DNA from: Protoeuglena noctilucae
Lineage: Eukaryota
Assembly (NCBI GenBank): GCA_958009085.1
Contig: OY253682.1
Location: 186,001-250,000 of the forward strand
Direction of reading: 5' to 3'
DNA length: 64,000 nucleotides
Shown here: in pieces, positions 35,970-47,787 of the stretch
Layout of the letters: each line of letters begins with the position of its first letter
Position numbering within the stretch: position 1 is the first letter of the stretch
Translations under genes and position numbers: made by a program
The notes under the pieces: model-generated
Told to the model about the DNA's origin: nothing
Database searches by the model: none
Seen by the model: the letters and a program-made list of their open reading frames with translations, nothing else

Positions 35970-36162
35970 ACACAACGCTGCGAGGCTAAGAGACCCGGCT
36001 GACTTATGCCACAATGGCTGCCAGCAGGCGCTCTTCAGATGCGATTTGGAGCAGACTCTTCAGGCGCTGCAGCTCCTTGCGTCTCCGCCCTCTGGAATCA
36101 CCCTCCCATGCGAGCCAAGCCCTCCGTGCACTTCCAACCGCGGTTGAATATCGCGCTGAAGC

Positions 36163-36724
36163 TCAGCTGCGAGGGAAAGAACGGAAGCAGTGCGTGATTG
36201 CTTCGCGAGCCGCACATCACGGGCCGCGGCCACGCTCACAAGCCACCAGGAGCCGTGACGACAGTGGCGTGAGCTCGCACCTTTCGCTTTCCGGCACACC
36301 CCTGATGTAGAGCACGTTGTTGCAGCGAATGAGCACCTCCCCGAGCTCCCCGCTGAGCTTGCCCTCGATGTACTCCTCCGTGTTCGCCAACTGCGCCCAG
36401 CAGCAACGAGTGCGTCGTTCAGGCGCTGCTCGGAACACTCAGCTACCATTCGGGACGCAAGAACCGCGCGCAGGGCGCGACGTGCGCGCCGTCCAGCCCC
36501 AGAGACGACGCGGGCCCCCCGGGACGCGCCTGGGCGCACGCGCGACCCGGATGGCCGTGCCCACCCCTCAGGCGCGTCTCTCTCACCTGAAGGTTCATAT
36601 ACTTGTCGGCAGACACGAGGAAGCCCTTGTACTCCATCCCCCACTTCAGCTTCACGACGACGGGCTTGCCGGCCAGCGAGTTCAGCAAGGGCGTCGGGTT
36701 GACGGGCTGGAAGTTGAGCGACAT
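36163..36724 (-). CDS. SNRPF: Small nuclear ribonucleoprotein F
   Basis: [67 protein letters not shown] probable tiny last exon supplies TGA at 36163-36165; otherwise the stop is at 36217. Confidence 0.95.
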
Positions 36725-37106
36725 TGTTCTCCCCGCTCTGACTGCCCTCGCTCCTCCCCGATCCCGCGGCCAGCGCGCTCTGCGGCCTGAAGGCACTCAG
36801 CAAGCCTGCTCCGTGGTGTCAGCGCTCGGCAAATGCTACGTCACTTCGCGTCCTTACGATCTCTGTTGTCCTGGCAAGCAGTCGCGGCCGCATCGCGGTC
36901 TGTTGCGGGGAAACAGGGGGGCTGGCATCGGGGTATCCGAGCCTGGGCGTCCTTCCCCCTCTCTCACGCACCTGAGGTCGAGATCGGTCCTTCGGTGTCC
37001 TGGGACCTGCGGTCCATCAGCGGGGGGCTCTGGAGCCGTCAGCGGGCCTCAGCGGACGCGAGACTAGGGGCGCCACAAGGCGGTGGAGGGGGAACTCGGG
37101 GGACAA

Positions 37107-38219
37107 ATGACGGAAGTTCTGCGGCGGGGAACGCCGGGCCTCAAGGTGACGCTGGCGGGCTCTCGTGAGCAACCGCGCCCTGTTTGGCCCCTGGCGCGCC
37201 GCTGGGCGGTCCCCGGACCCGCGTGTGGTTCTTGCGGAGTTGAGACGCTGCGCATGAAGTCAAGGCTAGGCGCACGCGAGGTGCCCCGTCCCGCTGAGGG
37301 CGGGGAGCATCGATGCTTTGCGTCTTCAGCCGTGGCAAGCTCGATGGGCGGACCCCGGCCCCCGCTTCCGCTGCTCGTGGTTGACTCGCTGACTGTACGT
37401 TCTCGCAGTCCGTCAAGGACCTGCCCGTGCGCCAGGACGGCCCACCTCCCGGGGGCTTCTTCCCCATTCGCTTCGGGAAGCGCATCCCGAACGCGGGCCC
37501 CGCGGGCACGACCATGTTGATCGGTGAGAGGTTCCTCCGTTCCTTGAGCGCCGCGTCTCTGCGAGCCAAGGCTTCTTGGCGGCTACAAGGCGCCTCCCAA
37601 CCTGGCCGCAGCGACGCTGGGTGTCATGACGTACGGGTGGATCCAACTAAGCCGCAACATGGACCAGTGGGCTTTGGAGAAGGACGAAAAGGCGAGTACC
37701 GAGTCGCACAGCCGCGCTCGCGCTGGCCGTCGTGCGCAGTGCTCTATCTACGATGTGTCGCCCATCGTACGTCCCGTCGCCTCCGCAGAGGCGGGCGCGG
37801 ATGGCACTGGTCCCCACGCTTGCCGCCGAGCGTGACGTGCGCGTGGTGGAGTACCAGCGGGAGTGGAACAAGCTGGAGGCCAAGGTGAGGGAGATACATG
37901 AGACGTGTGCGGGAGGCATCCTCGTGTGCCATCTCAGCACGCATGGAATTCATGCTGTCATTGTGCAGTCATTGTGGCACGACATGTTTCCGTGTCTTTG
38001 TTACGTGCTTCTGAGCGGTTTGTTACGTGAGCCTGCTTAGTTAGGCGAGGGGGCGGCCTGCGACGTGTGTGTGTGACTCATGTGCTGTACCGTCGGTCAC
38101 CGCAGATCATGGAGGACGTGCCGGGGTGGGAAGTGGGCAAGAACGTGTACAAGACGGTCAACTACATGCCGCCCATGCTGCAGTACCACCCCATCCGCCG
38201 CCTGTCCACGCACCACTAG
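37107..38219 (+). CDS. NDUFA13: Mitochondrial complex I subunit B16.6/GRIM-19
   Basis: SVKDLPVRQDGPPPGGFFPIRFGKRIPNAGP, RRARMALVPTLAAERD, IMEDVPGWEVGKNVYKT. Confidence 0.93.
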
Positions 38220-38484
38220 TGAGACTCTTGCAAAAGCGTGTTTGAAACGTATCGTTTAAGCACGGGCAGCCATTCTCGCGAGCGAAGACAAAACGCGCGA
38301 GCGCTGGCGGGCGCAACCCCCTCCAGCCGGCAGCACCTGGCACTGCACACTCTGTGATCATTGCGAGAGAGCTCTCGATAGGCCGCGCCACTCAGGTCAC
38401 ACTGCGGCGCTGCTTCCGCGCTGCGGCCTTGCCAGCTCGCTGCAGCGAAAAGGGGATCCGACTGTTGCAAGGGTAGGTGGGGCC

Positions 38485-41400
38485 CTATGCCTTGAGGTCC
38501 TGCGACTGCGCGTTGGCCGACCGCGCAATCTCGATGAAAACGTCTTCCAGCGACGCATTCTGCACGGCCCAGTCCACCACCTGGAGGCCCCGCGACTGCG
38601 CGTCCTCCACCGCCTGCAGTACAACGTGGCGGAGACGGTGTCAATTCGATGCCGGCAACTACATACCACAGGTACGGACAAGACACACTGCACAGCTAGT
38701 GAACGAGAGTCGCCCACTCCCGGCCGGGAACTTGCACTTGCCTTGAAGACGGACGACAAATTGACCTCGTTGGCGGGCAGTTTGAACTTCTGCGTGCCCC
38801 CGACGTGGTACTTGAGCTCCGCGGACCGATGGATGGACTTGGCCAGGGCTGCGGCGCGCTCCACTTGCTCCTCGGGCGTGGAGATCGAGAAGATGAGGTA
38901 GCCGCCGTAGCGGGCTGCGAGCGGGTGGTGGAAGCAACGTTCATAGCATTGGGAGGTAGCACGGGCGGTTGCCGTCCTGCAGGAGGTGCAGGTGAGGCGA
39001 CGATGGGAGCGCTGGCGGTGGACATGGTCGCGCACCCGTGATGTCGCGCGGGTTCCCAATCGTATAGAGCTCGCCGTCCACGAAGATCCCCAAGCGATCG
39101 CAGAGCACCTCCGCCTCCTGCATCGAGTGCGTCGTCAGGATGACCGCCTGCAAAGGGTAAGGTCGGGCAGGTGGGTGGGTGCCGTGTCACTCCATTCTCG
39201 GTCCACAGCCGGGCTCACAGCCATGCATCTGACACATATCCATAGCTGACCAACTCCCCAGTCGTCTGCCCCTGCAGTGTCGGTGCATGGCCGCACTCGC
39301 AGTTCTGTGCTCCGTGAGACCCATAGCTGCTGCCACTCGCCTTGTTCTCCTTGGCAGCCTTAACCACGTCCCAGAGGCTGCGCCGTGAGGCAGGGTCCAG
39401 GCCCGTCGACGGCTCGTCCATGTACACCACCCTGCGTGGGCGAGCGCGACAGCTGATCGCACATGCCCCTTCGCATGCACCGCTGGCGCGCCCTCAGGCC
39501 CAGCCCATTCGTGCTTTGCGCCCGACATGCCTCGCCCTCACCACGCACCCCTCCGCACTAAGACTCTCTAGAACCGCTGCCGCACTCGTCGCATCTCACC
39601 TGGGGTTCCCGATGATGGAGATGGCGACGCTGAGGCGGCGCTTCATGCCCCCGCTGTACTGCCCGCACGGCTTGTTCCCGACATTCAGCAGGTTGACGGC
39701 CTTCAACGCCGCGTCCACCTCGTCCTTGAGTCGATCGTACGGAATGTTCTTGAGGTGGCCGTAGAAGTTCAGGTGCTCCCGGCCCGTGAGGCGGTGCCAC
39801 AGGATATCGTGCTGAGGGCATACCCCCATGATCGTGTAGATCGTGTCCATGTCCTCGCGGATGCTCATGCCGTCCACGATCGCCGTGCCGCCCGATGGCT
39901 CCAGGAAACCCACCATCATGTGGATGGACGTCGTCTTGCCTGCAGACACGGGCCGCAGAGAGAGGGAGGGAGTCCAGAGGGCGAGGACGGGGCACGGCTG
40001 CAGGGCTGCCAAACAAAGCACGCCCGAGCAAGGCGCTGCAATGACTCAGGCTGGCACATGAGCTGAATTGCATGCATCGCAACACGCGACCCCCTTTCCT
40101 TCCCCACTCACCCGCCCCGTTGGGCCCCAGCAGGCCCAGCACCTCCTCGCGCCGCACCGCCATGGACAAGCTCTTGACCGCCATCTTGGGAGGGTTGCCG
40201 TCCTGTCCGGGGAACACCTTGTGGAGGTCCTTGATGATGATGGGGTACTCGGACGCGTCCTCCTGCAGACACCACAGGCACAGCAACCTAATACAGGTAC
40301 CCTGTCACGCCACCAGTCGCTACTGCCAGTCGAGCGCAGCACCGCTCGGTAGCTTATCGGTGCTTATTGCTCCAGCAACCGCAACCGTACTGGCTCCCAT
40401 GAGGACCTCATCCCATCACAACGCCGTCGCACCGTCGCACCGACAGCGACACGCGATGCCCGGCATGGCATGCACTTACAACCACGCACCTGGTTTAGGT
40501 TGAGGGCCAGGTCGCGCTCCGTCATGACGTCGTCCCCGCCCAGGAGCTCCCTCGCGGCCACAGTGGGGGTCGCGGTGTCCTTCTCAAAGCCGTCCTTCCT
40601 CTTGCGCTGCAGGAAGAAGAGCCAGTGGCGGCGAACACCGGAGGAGTCGTCCACCACCTGCGGAGCAGGGCAAGCAGGTGGGCTTGGCGAGCCGTGGTGG
40701 GAGATGAAACGGGCGGGGCTGACAGGCGACCGCGGATCTCTCTGCGCTGCCACGAGCCACAGCATGCGCCGCCATGAATTGCCTGCTAGCCCCCCGCCCT
40801 TCCCACCCTCCACTTCACTTCCCCACTCGCCTGCTCGAGGTACCACGCCAGGGGCATGGCCACAAAGTACTCGAGCATAAAGACCCCCATGACTCGCCCC
40901 ATGCCGTTGTTGGGGTCGCTGAGGCTGGACCAGGTGAGGCCCTTCCCGCCGCGGTACTGGCCGCGGAATGCGTACTGGGACATCTCATAGAGGCCACGGT
41001 AGATGCCGAAGGTCGGGATGAGCTCGATGGCCGGGACCCATTTGCGTGCTTCGTCGATGAAGGTGCTCATGATGTTGGCGGCGAAGATGCCGGATCCGAG
41101 GATCCAGATGTACCCGAAGATGGTGGCGGTGCGGCTGGACTTGAACACGGAGGACAGGAGGAAGGCGGTGGCGACCTGGGCGTGCTGGGCCGTGATGACA
41201 AAGATGAGCTCGACGCTGAAGTCGTTGCCTCGGAAGAAGTTGAGGTTGATGGCGTTGCCGAAGATGAGGAGGAAGAGAGAGTAAATGAAGGTGATCATGA
41301 TCCACCACATGTACGACACGACCCAGTAGGTGGTGTCCGACAGGCCGTGCATCTTCATCATGATGCGAAGGCGGTTCTCTTTCTCATAAACCATCGACTG

Positions 41401-43698
41401 CATCATGACTGCGGGGGCGGGAGGAGAAATCACCTCGGCGACACGTCGATTGAGAGGGACAGTCGCCATGCGACATGCAGTGGCTGTGGATTTACAGGGA
41501 TAGTCCCCGTCATCCAGTGGCTGCCTCACCTGGGAAGGGCAGCCCCAGCACCCACAGGAAGAAGAGAGGGCCCAGCAGAGACGAGAAGTCCAGTCGCAGC
41601 TTAGTCGCACCCTTCGGGGTCTCTTTCATGTACAGCTGCGGCGATAGCACCTCGACCCACTCGCAGCACCCCAGTTAAGCACGCCGTTGCTCCAACAGAC
41701 TCAGCCGATCAAGAGAGAGCACATTATGAACAGACAGTGGAGGACGTGTCAAGCAGTCAGCTATGCGACTGTCCCGCAGCTGAGCCACCGGCGTTGCCCT
41801 CACCGTGGAGGCGGAGTATTCCGGGCCTAGGTGGGTCTTGAGCCAAGACTGGAGAGCGAGGTCGAATGGCTTAAGGACGCGGAAGGGCACCACGGGTGCG
41901 CCGTTGTTCTTGCCGTCCACGGTCGTGTTGAGCCACACGCGGAAAGCCGCCCGCGAGGGCCCGGAGTCACGCCAGTCAAACGCTGCAGGGTACTCCTCGG
42001 CCTCCGGGTGGCCCCGCCCGCACGACCCCGACGCCTGGCGATAGCCGCAGAACAGCGTCGCATCCACCGCTGCAGGGCACGAACAGAGTCGCCAAGGCTT
42101 TCGCAGCCCAGTTTGAGACCCAGACTTGCCTGGCGGACAAGGCTGTCCGTGTCCATTCCTCTCAGGTCCGCACACAGAGGCGGTGCATGGGCGGAGGCTC
42201 TCAGGGTCCGTTCTTCTCAAGTGGGAGCCACACAGACTGCTTAGTCCGTGCGACTCGCCTGATGCGGACGTCAGCTCCTTGGGGTACGCGTTAATGCACG
42301 AGAGGTACTTGGCGCTCAGAATCTTGGTCCAGTAGGTCTCCCCCTGGTCTGTGCCCGTCTGCGAGCAAATGGAGGGGGCGCAAAGGCTCGGCCTCATGCA
42401 GCGCGGGGGCGCTCGGCACAAGCACCCATCCCATAAGAGTTACCTGATTGTTCCAGCCGTTCCATGTGGTGGTGTTGACCTGGGTCTCTGCCCAGGCGAC
42501 CAGCGCCGAGCAGTCGCTCGTCACCACACCGACGGCGTCCTTCATCGACAGCCCCGTCCAGGCCGCGTCCTCCTGGTACGTTAACGAACCCGGGGTCTGC
42601 TCGACCGTCGCCAGGAAGGGCGCGAGCGACGGCTTGGCGATGACCGCCGACGCGATGCCCTCAGCAAGCGTGTAGACTGTCGTGCCGTTGGCGGCCACGG
42701 CGGTGATGGCCGAGGTCGTCATGGCCGTCGAGAGGTCCTGGCCGTTGGGTGACGACATTGTGGAGGCGCCGGCGAAGGCCGGGATCATGTTGGCCATGTA
42801 GCTCTGGGCCAGCGTCGTGTTGCTGCCCGTGTAGAGGATGTCGATGGCCGGGCGGTCCGGAGAGGCACGGTAGCTGGCCTGCGAGACATACACGGTCGGG
42901 CATGAAGCAGCGCGTCCTGTCAAGGGTTGGTAAGCACCCTGGGAGGGTGCCAGCGTGCACCCTCGGTGGGTGCACCGGACACGCTACGGGAGCATGTCCA
43001 TCACGGGATGTGGGTGGCGCACGGGACGCACCTGAGGGACATGGTAGACGACGGGCCACGCCGCAGGGTACTCCACGGGGCAGTAGCCGGCCTGGCCGGG
43101 GTCCGAGTACGCGATGCCGTAGACGTTGGGGTCGCGCTCCTTGCTGCGGGGACAAAACCCTTGGTGCGCTGAGCCGATGAGCGTGGCTCGTGAGGGCGCT
43201 AATAGCCAAGCAAGCTTCATCATTGAGGGTAGGGAGTGTCACGATAAACATATCTCACCAGTACTGGTAGGTGGTGTCGCAGTAGGCATCGCCCGTCACG
43301 TTGAAGCAGTCTGTCTTGGCTGCGTCGTTGCAGCACACGGTGCACTTGTGGCCGCACTCGAAGCTCGATCCGGACAGAAGTTGGTTCACGATCTGCTGGA
43401 CGACGAGCATGATGATGCAGAAGAAGATGGGGGTGAAGAGGAGGCTGCGGATGGCAATGTAGTGTGTACGATCCTTCGTCGCCCCATGCACTTTGGCGGC
43501 GCCGAGTTGAGAGGGCCGCTGCGGCATCGTCGACGCGGCGACGCACCAGCAGTTCTGCCCTCGGTTGCGCCATTGGAAGGTCCACTGCTTGCGGAACATG
43601 GCCCGCGTCTGGCGATTGAAGGACGCCTTCAAGGAGCGGCCCTCCGGGAGGGACACCTCCGAGTTGACCTGATTGGCGCCCATGTCCTCCCCGGCCAT
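38485..43698 (-). CDS. Half-size ABC transporter, subfamily A (plant ATH-like)
   Basis: TM region ([19 protein letters not shown]) and one [61 protein letters not shown]. Stop TAG at 38485-38487. Confidence 0.93.
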
Positions 43699-44520
43699 GG
43701 TCCGCTCCCCGCGGGGGAGGCTCTCCCACCGCCTCTAGCTTGCTCGTGTAATGCCCTGCGGCCAGGGGCGCGGCTCTTCTGCTCTGGAACACCGCCGGGG
43801 TAGGAGCGGGCAGCATTGAATAACTGCACGAGTCCACTAGCTGTCGGATGTCGCAGGAGCTGGGATGGACGCGCTTGGTCAGGGTTGAGACGCAGACCAC
43901 AGGCACGCAGGCCGCGGCGCGCGGGAGCATCGCAGCCCCCAGCGCACGCATCGAGCGTCTCGACTTGAACGCCACGTCTATACTGAGCGCGTCAAGCAAG
44001 CGGTCCGAGACCCAGACCGAGCGGCTCAGATGCCCTTCCACGGGGCAAAGACCTCCGCGCGATTCCAGGCATATAGGCTTAAAAGATCGACTCGTTGTTC
44101 GAGATGATGACAAATACAACGCTTTGTGCCACGCTCGTCACCTGGATAGGCTCGGTCGCCGAGGGCAAAGCGGCGCGGGCTGCACGAGGGTTTTTGCTCT
44201 CGCAATGAGATTCCGCGGCACGCTCGGACAATTTGCTACTAAGAGATGTCACGCGCGGTCGTGTATGACGCTGAAGTGTTCGCCGCGGTTTGATGACCAG
44301 ACAGGCTGTGCAGGACCCGGGTGACACCGCCGGAAGAGGCGGACCCGTGATGCCAGGATCTGCTGCGGCTCCTGCGATGATCTCGATGCTCGGCTTGCAC
44401 AGCCCGCTGGACAGCTCGAGAAGGCATCCGCAGAGGCTGCGTCCGAATTGATTTCCTTGATTTTCCCCGTGTCCGGGGCTGCTATGGCGTAGCGAGGAGG
44501 GTATGTCGCTTAAGGAGGGG

Positions 44521-45413
44521 ATGAACTATGCCACCCTGCGCTGTAAGGTGGCGCTGGTGGGGTCGGCCGGGTGCGGCAAGACGAGCCTTCTCAACATGGC
44601 GTCGGGGAAGTGGTGAGCGCTGTCCCCTGCGCATCTGCCCGCGTGATATTCTCGCAGCGGAGGTGGGCTCGCACCGCTGCTTGAAATGCAAGGCTCGCAG
44701 ACACGCTCCCGGGACCTCCAAGCTTCCAAACATGCGCGCTGCGCCCGCAGGACCAAGTTCGCGCCCGAGTATGCGATGACGAGGGGCGTGAACATCGTGC
44801 CTTTTCCCATTCGCTTAGAGAACCGGGGACTGACAGGTGCCAGGCTCCAAGAGGCTTCTACATGGGCGCACGGGGCTGGTCCGCCGCGCTGCCCTGCCCA
44901 CTGCCCGACCCTCGCGCCCGCAGTGGAGCTTCTCGTGTACGACACTTCGGGGCAGGATGTGTACCAGGACCAATGGCCCAAACATTACGCGGGGCGGATC
45001 GCGGCCATGGTCCTCGTCTTTGACCTCAACGACGCTGCCTCTTTCCGGTGAGAGCGGGGATCCCTGCGCGCCGCATTCGGCGCGGCTGCTCCCGTGAGCG
45101 TCGCGACAGCGTGTGCCCGGCGCTTTCCCCGCGCAGGCAGTGCCAGGAGTGGCTGCACCGGGTGCGGACCCAGGCACACATCAAGGGACGGGCGATGCCC
45201 AGCGTGCTGGTGGGGGCCAAGTCGGACGTCGGCGCCACGCAGGTAGCCGACAGCGAGGTCGAGGCCTTCGCCGCTGACAACGGCCTCGTCTACATGAAAG
45301 CATCGTGCCGGTCTGGCGGGGACAGCTACCGCGGGCCCTTCCAAACAATCGCAGAGAAGTTTGCAGATTCGTACGAGAGCATGCTGGAGGTATTCGCGAA
45401 CGCCTCCTCGTAA
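44521..45413 (+). CDS. IFT27: Intraflagellar transport small GTPase IFT27/RABL4
   Basis: ATLRCKVALVGSAGCGKT, KFAPEYAMTRGV, VELLVYDTSGQD, PFQTIAEKFADSYE. No C-terminal prenylation motif. Confidence 0.85.
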
Positions 45414-45636
45414 GATGACGACGCGCGGTGCTGCGGGCGCGCCTAGCACGAACGCGCTGTGCTCTTCTGTCGTGCTCAGCCTGGTGCCAACCCACCTTAA
45501 AACACGATTCTAGGTCAGCAAGTCACGTGTCAGTAACGCGGAAAGGGAGAGCGGCGGCGGCTTCTACGGATCTTGCGGACCCCGCAGGCCTCACAGCACC
45601 ATGCTAGCACTGCAGACCCCATGTCCCTCGCCATCA

Positions 45637-47427
45637 TCAGGCGTTGACCTCCTCTTTCACCTCCTCAGCCTGCACGGCGAGCTCCTTGCGCGTGATGCCC
45701 GCGCCGTCCAGCGCCTTCTGCGTCTCCACAAACACCTCGTCCGGCGTCGGCACCGCCGAGATGACGTGGCACTTGCCCTCAGCCTTGTACTTGTCCACCA
45801 CCGGCATCGACTGCTCGATGAAGGTGTGGAACCGCTTCTTGATTGTCTCCATGTTGTCGTCCGCCCGCCCGCTCGTCTTGCCCCGCTCCATCAGCCGCCG
45901 CTCCATCTCGTCCTCCGGGCAGTCGTAGAACAGCACGCACGTGCACTGCTTGATGTCGCGCTCAAACGCCTCGCCTTGGTCGAGCGCCCTCGGGAACCCG
46001 TCGATCAGGAACGTGCTCCCGCCGCTCCGGACCATCGCGTTCCGAAGCAGCGCGATCGTCACCGACATCGGCACCAGCTTGCCCTCCCGCATGATCTCCT
46101 CCAGCTGCCGCCCCGCCGCCGACCCCGACGCCACCTCCGCCCGCAGCAGGTCGCCCGCCGACAGGTGCACGCACTCGTACGCCGCCTTGATCTTGTCGCA
46201 CTGGGTGCCCTTGCCCGAGCCAGGGCCACCCAGCACGAACACCACGCGAGCGTCCGCCGGCAGCTCGCCCTCGACCGCCGGCACCATGAGCTCCTCCTCC
46301 GCCTTCTTCTCCACCTCAACCGCCTTCCCGTCCGGCCCGCCCGCCTCGCCGCCCGCCGGCTTGTCAGCCGCCACCGCCTGCCGCGCCTCGTGCGCGCCCG
46401 CCATGGCGCTGATGTTGACGGCCTGGCCCTGCTTGCCGGGGAGCTCCCCGCGCACGGCGGCCCGCGCCACCTCGGCGAGCCTCTGCGCAGCGTCCTCGGC
46501 CTTGTCGTTGAGCAGGATGAAGTCGAAGGTGCCCTTGGCCTTGGCGACCTCCATCTCAGCGCGGGCGTTGTTCAGCCGGCGCTGGACGTCCTCCTCGCTC
46601 TCCGTTCCCCGGCCCCGGAGCCTGGCCTCCAGGGCCTCCAGGGACGGAGGTGCCACGAAGACGAAGATTGCCGGAATCCCCGACTTGCGCACTGACGCAG
46701 CGCCCTGGACGTCGATGTCCAGCACGCAGGCCTTCCCCGCGCTGCGAGAGAGGTGGGATTTATGCGGGGTCGGCGACCTTTCCCAAGCCAAGCTCGTGGC
46801 GCCGCCAGCCTGCCTGGTGGTCCGCACCTGAGGACCGTCTCCACCGCGACTTTGGACGTGCCGTACACGTTGCCGTGGACCTCAGCGGACTCGAGGAACT
46901 TGCCCTCGGCAATCTCCTTCTGCAGTGTGCGAAAGGCGAGCGCTGTGGGCTGCACGTGGCAGCGATCAGCGCGCTTTCTGAGATGCCTTTTTGGGGCAAA
47001 TGTGCAGCTGCCGTGCCCGGCCACCGAGGCGAACAAAGGGCCCCACTCGCACCTCAATGACCTCCTTGGTGGCGAAGTGATAGTCGACGCCGTCCTTCTC
47101 GCCCGGCCGAGGCGCCCGCGTCGTGTGGCTCACGCTAAAGCCCAGCATGTCCTTCAAGTCCTCCATCTCCATCACCATCTTGATCAGCGTGCCCTGCAGG
47201 CTCAGCGCGAAATTATGTCGATTAGAGGAACGCAACAGCGCGGGCCGGCGGGGTCCGCCCGAGGTGCTCCCCGGAGGGGCATTGCAACCAGCATGCAGAG
47301 GCATGGGACGGCTCACCTTGCCCACGCCGCTCGGTCCGGAGACGACCAGCGCGCACGGCCTCTTCCCCTTGACGGGCTCGTGCTCATCGGGCTCGTTTAC
47401 GGCGTTCTTGGACCCGCGGCACCCCAT
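45637..47427 (-). CDS. Guanylate kinase-adenylate/UMP-CMP kinase fusion with N-terminal acylation motif
   Basis: MGCRGSK start. GK domain: VSGPSGVGKGT, SVSHTTRAPRPGEKDGVDYHF, EVHGNVYGTS, LDIDVQG. In the same exon, an NMP kinase domain: VLGGPGSGKGTQC, HLSAGDLLR, LIDGFPR, SGRADDN. Confidence 0.9.
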
Positions 47428-47787
47428 GGCAGTGGACCTCTCGTCCCTCGCGGTCGGCGATTCCTACTATGAGCTCTGCAAGCAAATAATTGCCATCATT
47501 TGAGCACGATCGATCGCCAGGACAGCGCAGTCGTGGGTCTCCAGCGTGAACCGATGCGGCCTCGCACCTGGTCAGCCGCACCAGAGGAAGATGTTGCGCT
47601 GCCTGGACGAGAGGGATGGTACCGTGAAGGCCCCGCGCTTGCGGTCTTGGCTGCCTCTGTGCCTGCGCTGGCGGCGCCGATGCCAGACCTGGTGGCGTGA
47701 CCTGCACCCTTTCGCGCCAACGATGCAGATGTTCTGTCTGTCGCGGGTCGTCTCCTCCACCATGTCGACAAGCGCATCCTCGCCGCC

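Noticed and set aside
45601..46831. Long antisense ORFs over the kinase fusion, and similar ones elsewhere
   Set aside because: They are shadow ORFs caused by high GC3 codon usage and stop-codon scarcity.
47710..47720. E2F-like TTTCGCGC upstream of TOP3A (another near 26500)
   Set aside because: Plausible, but several such 8-mers are expected by chance in 64 kb of this composition.
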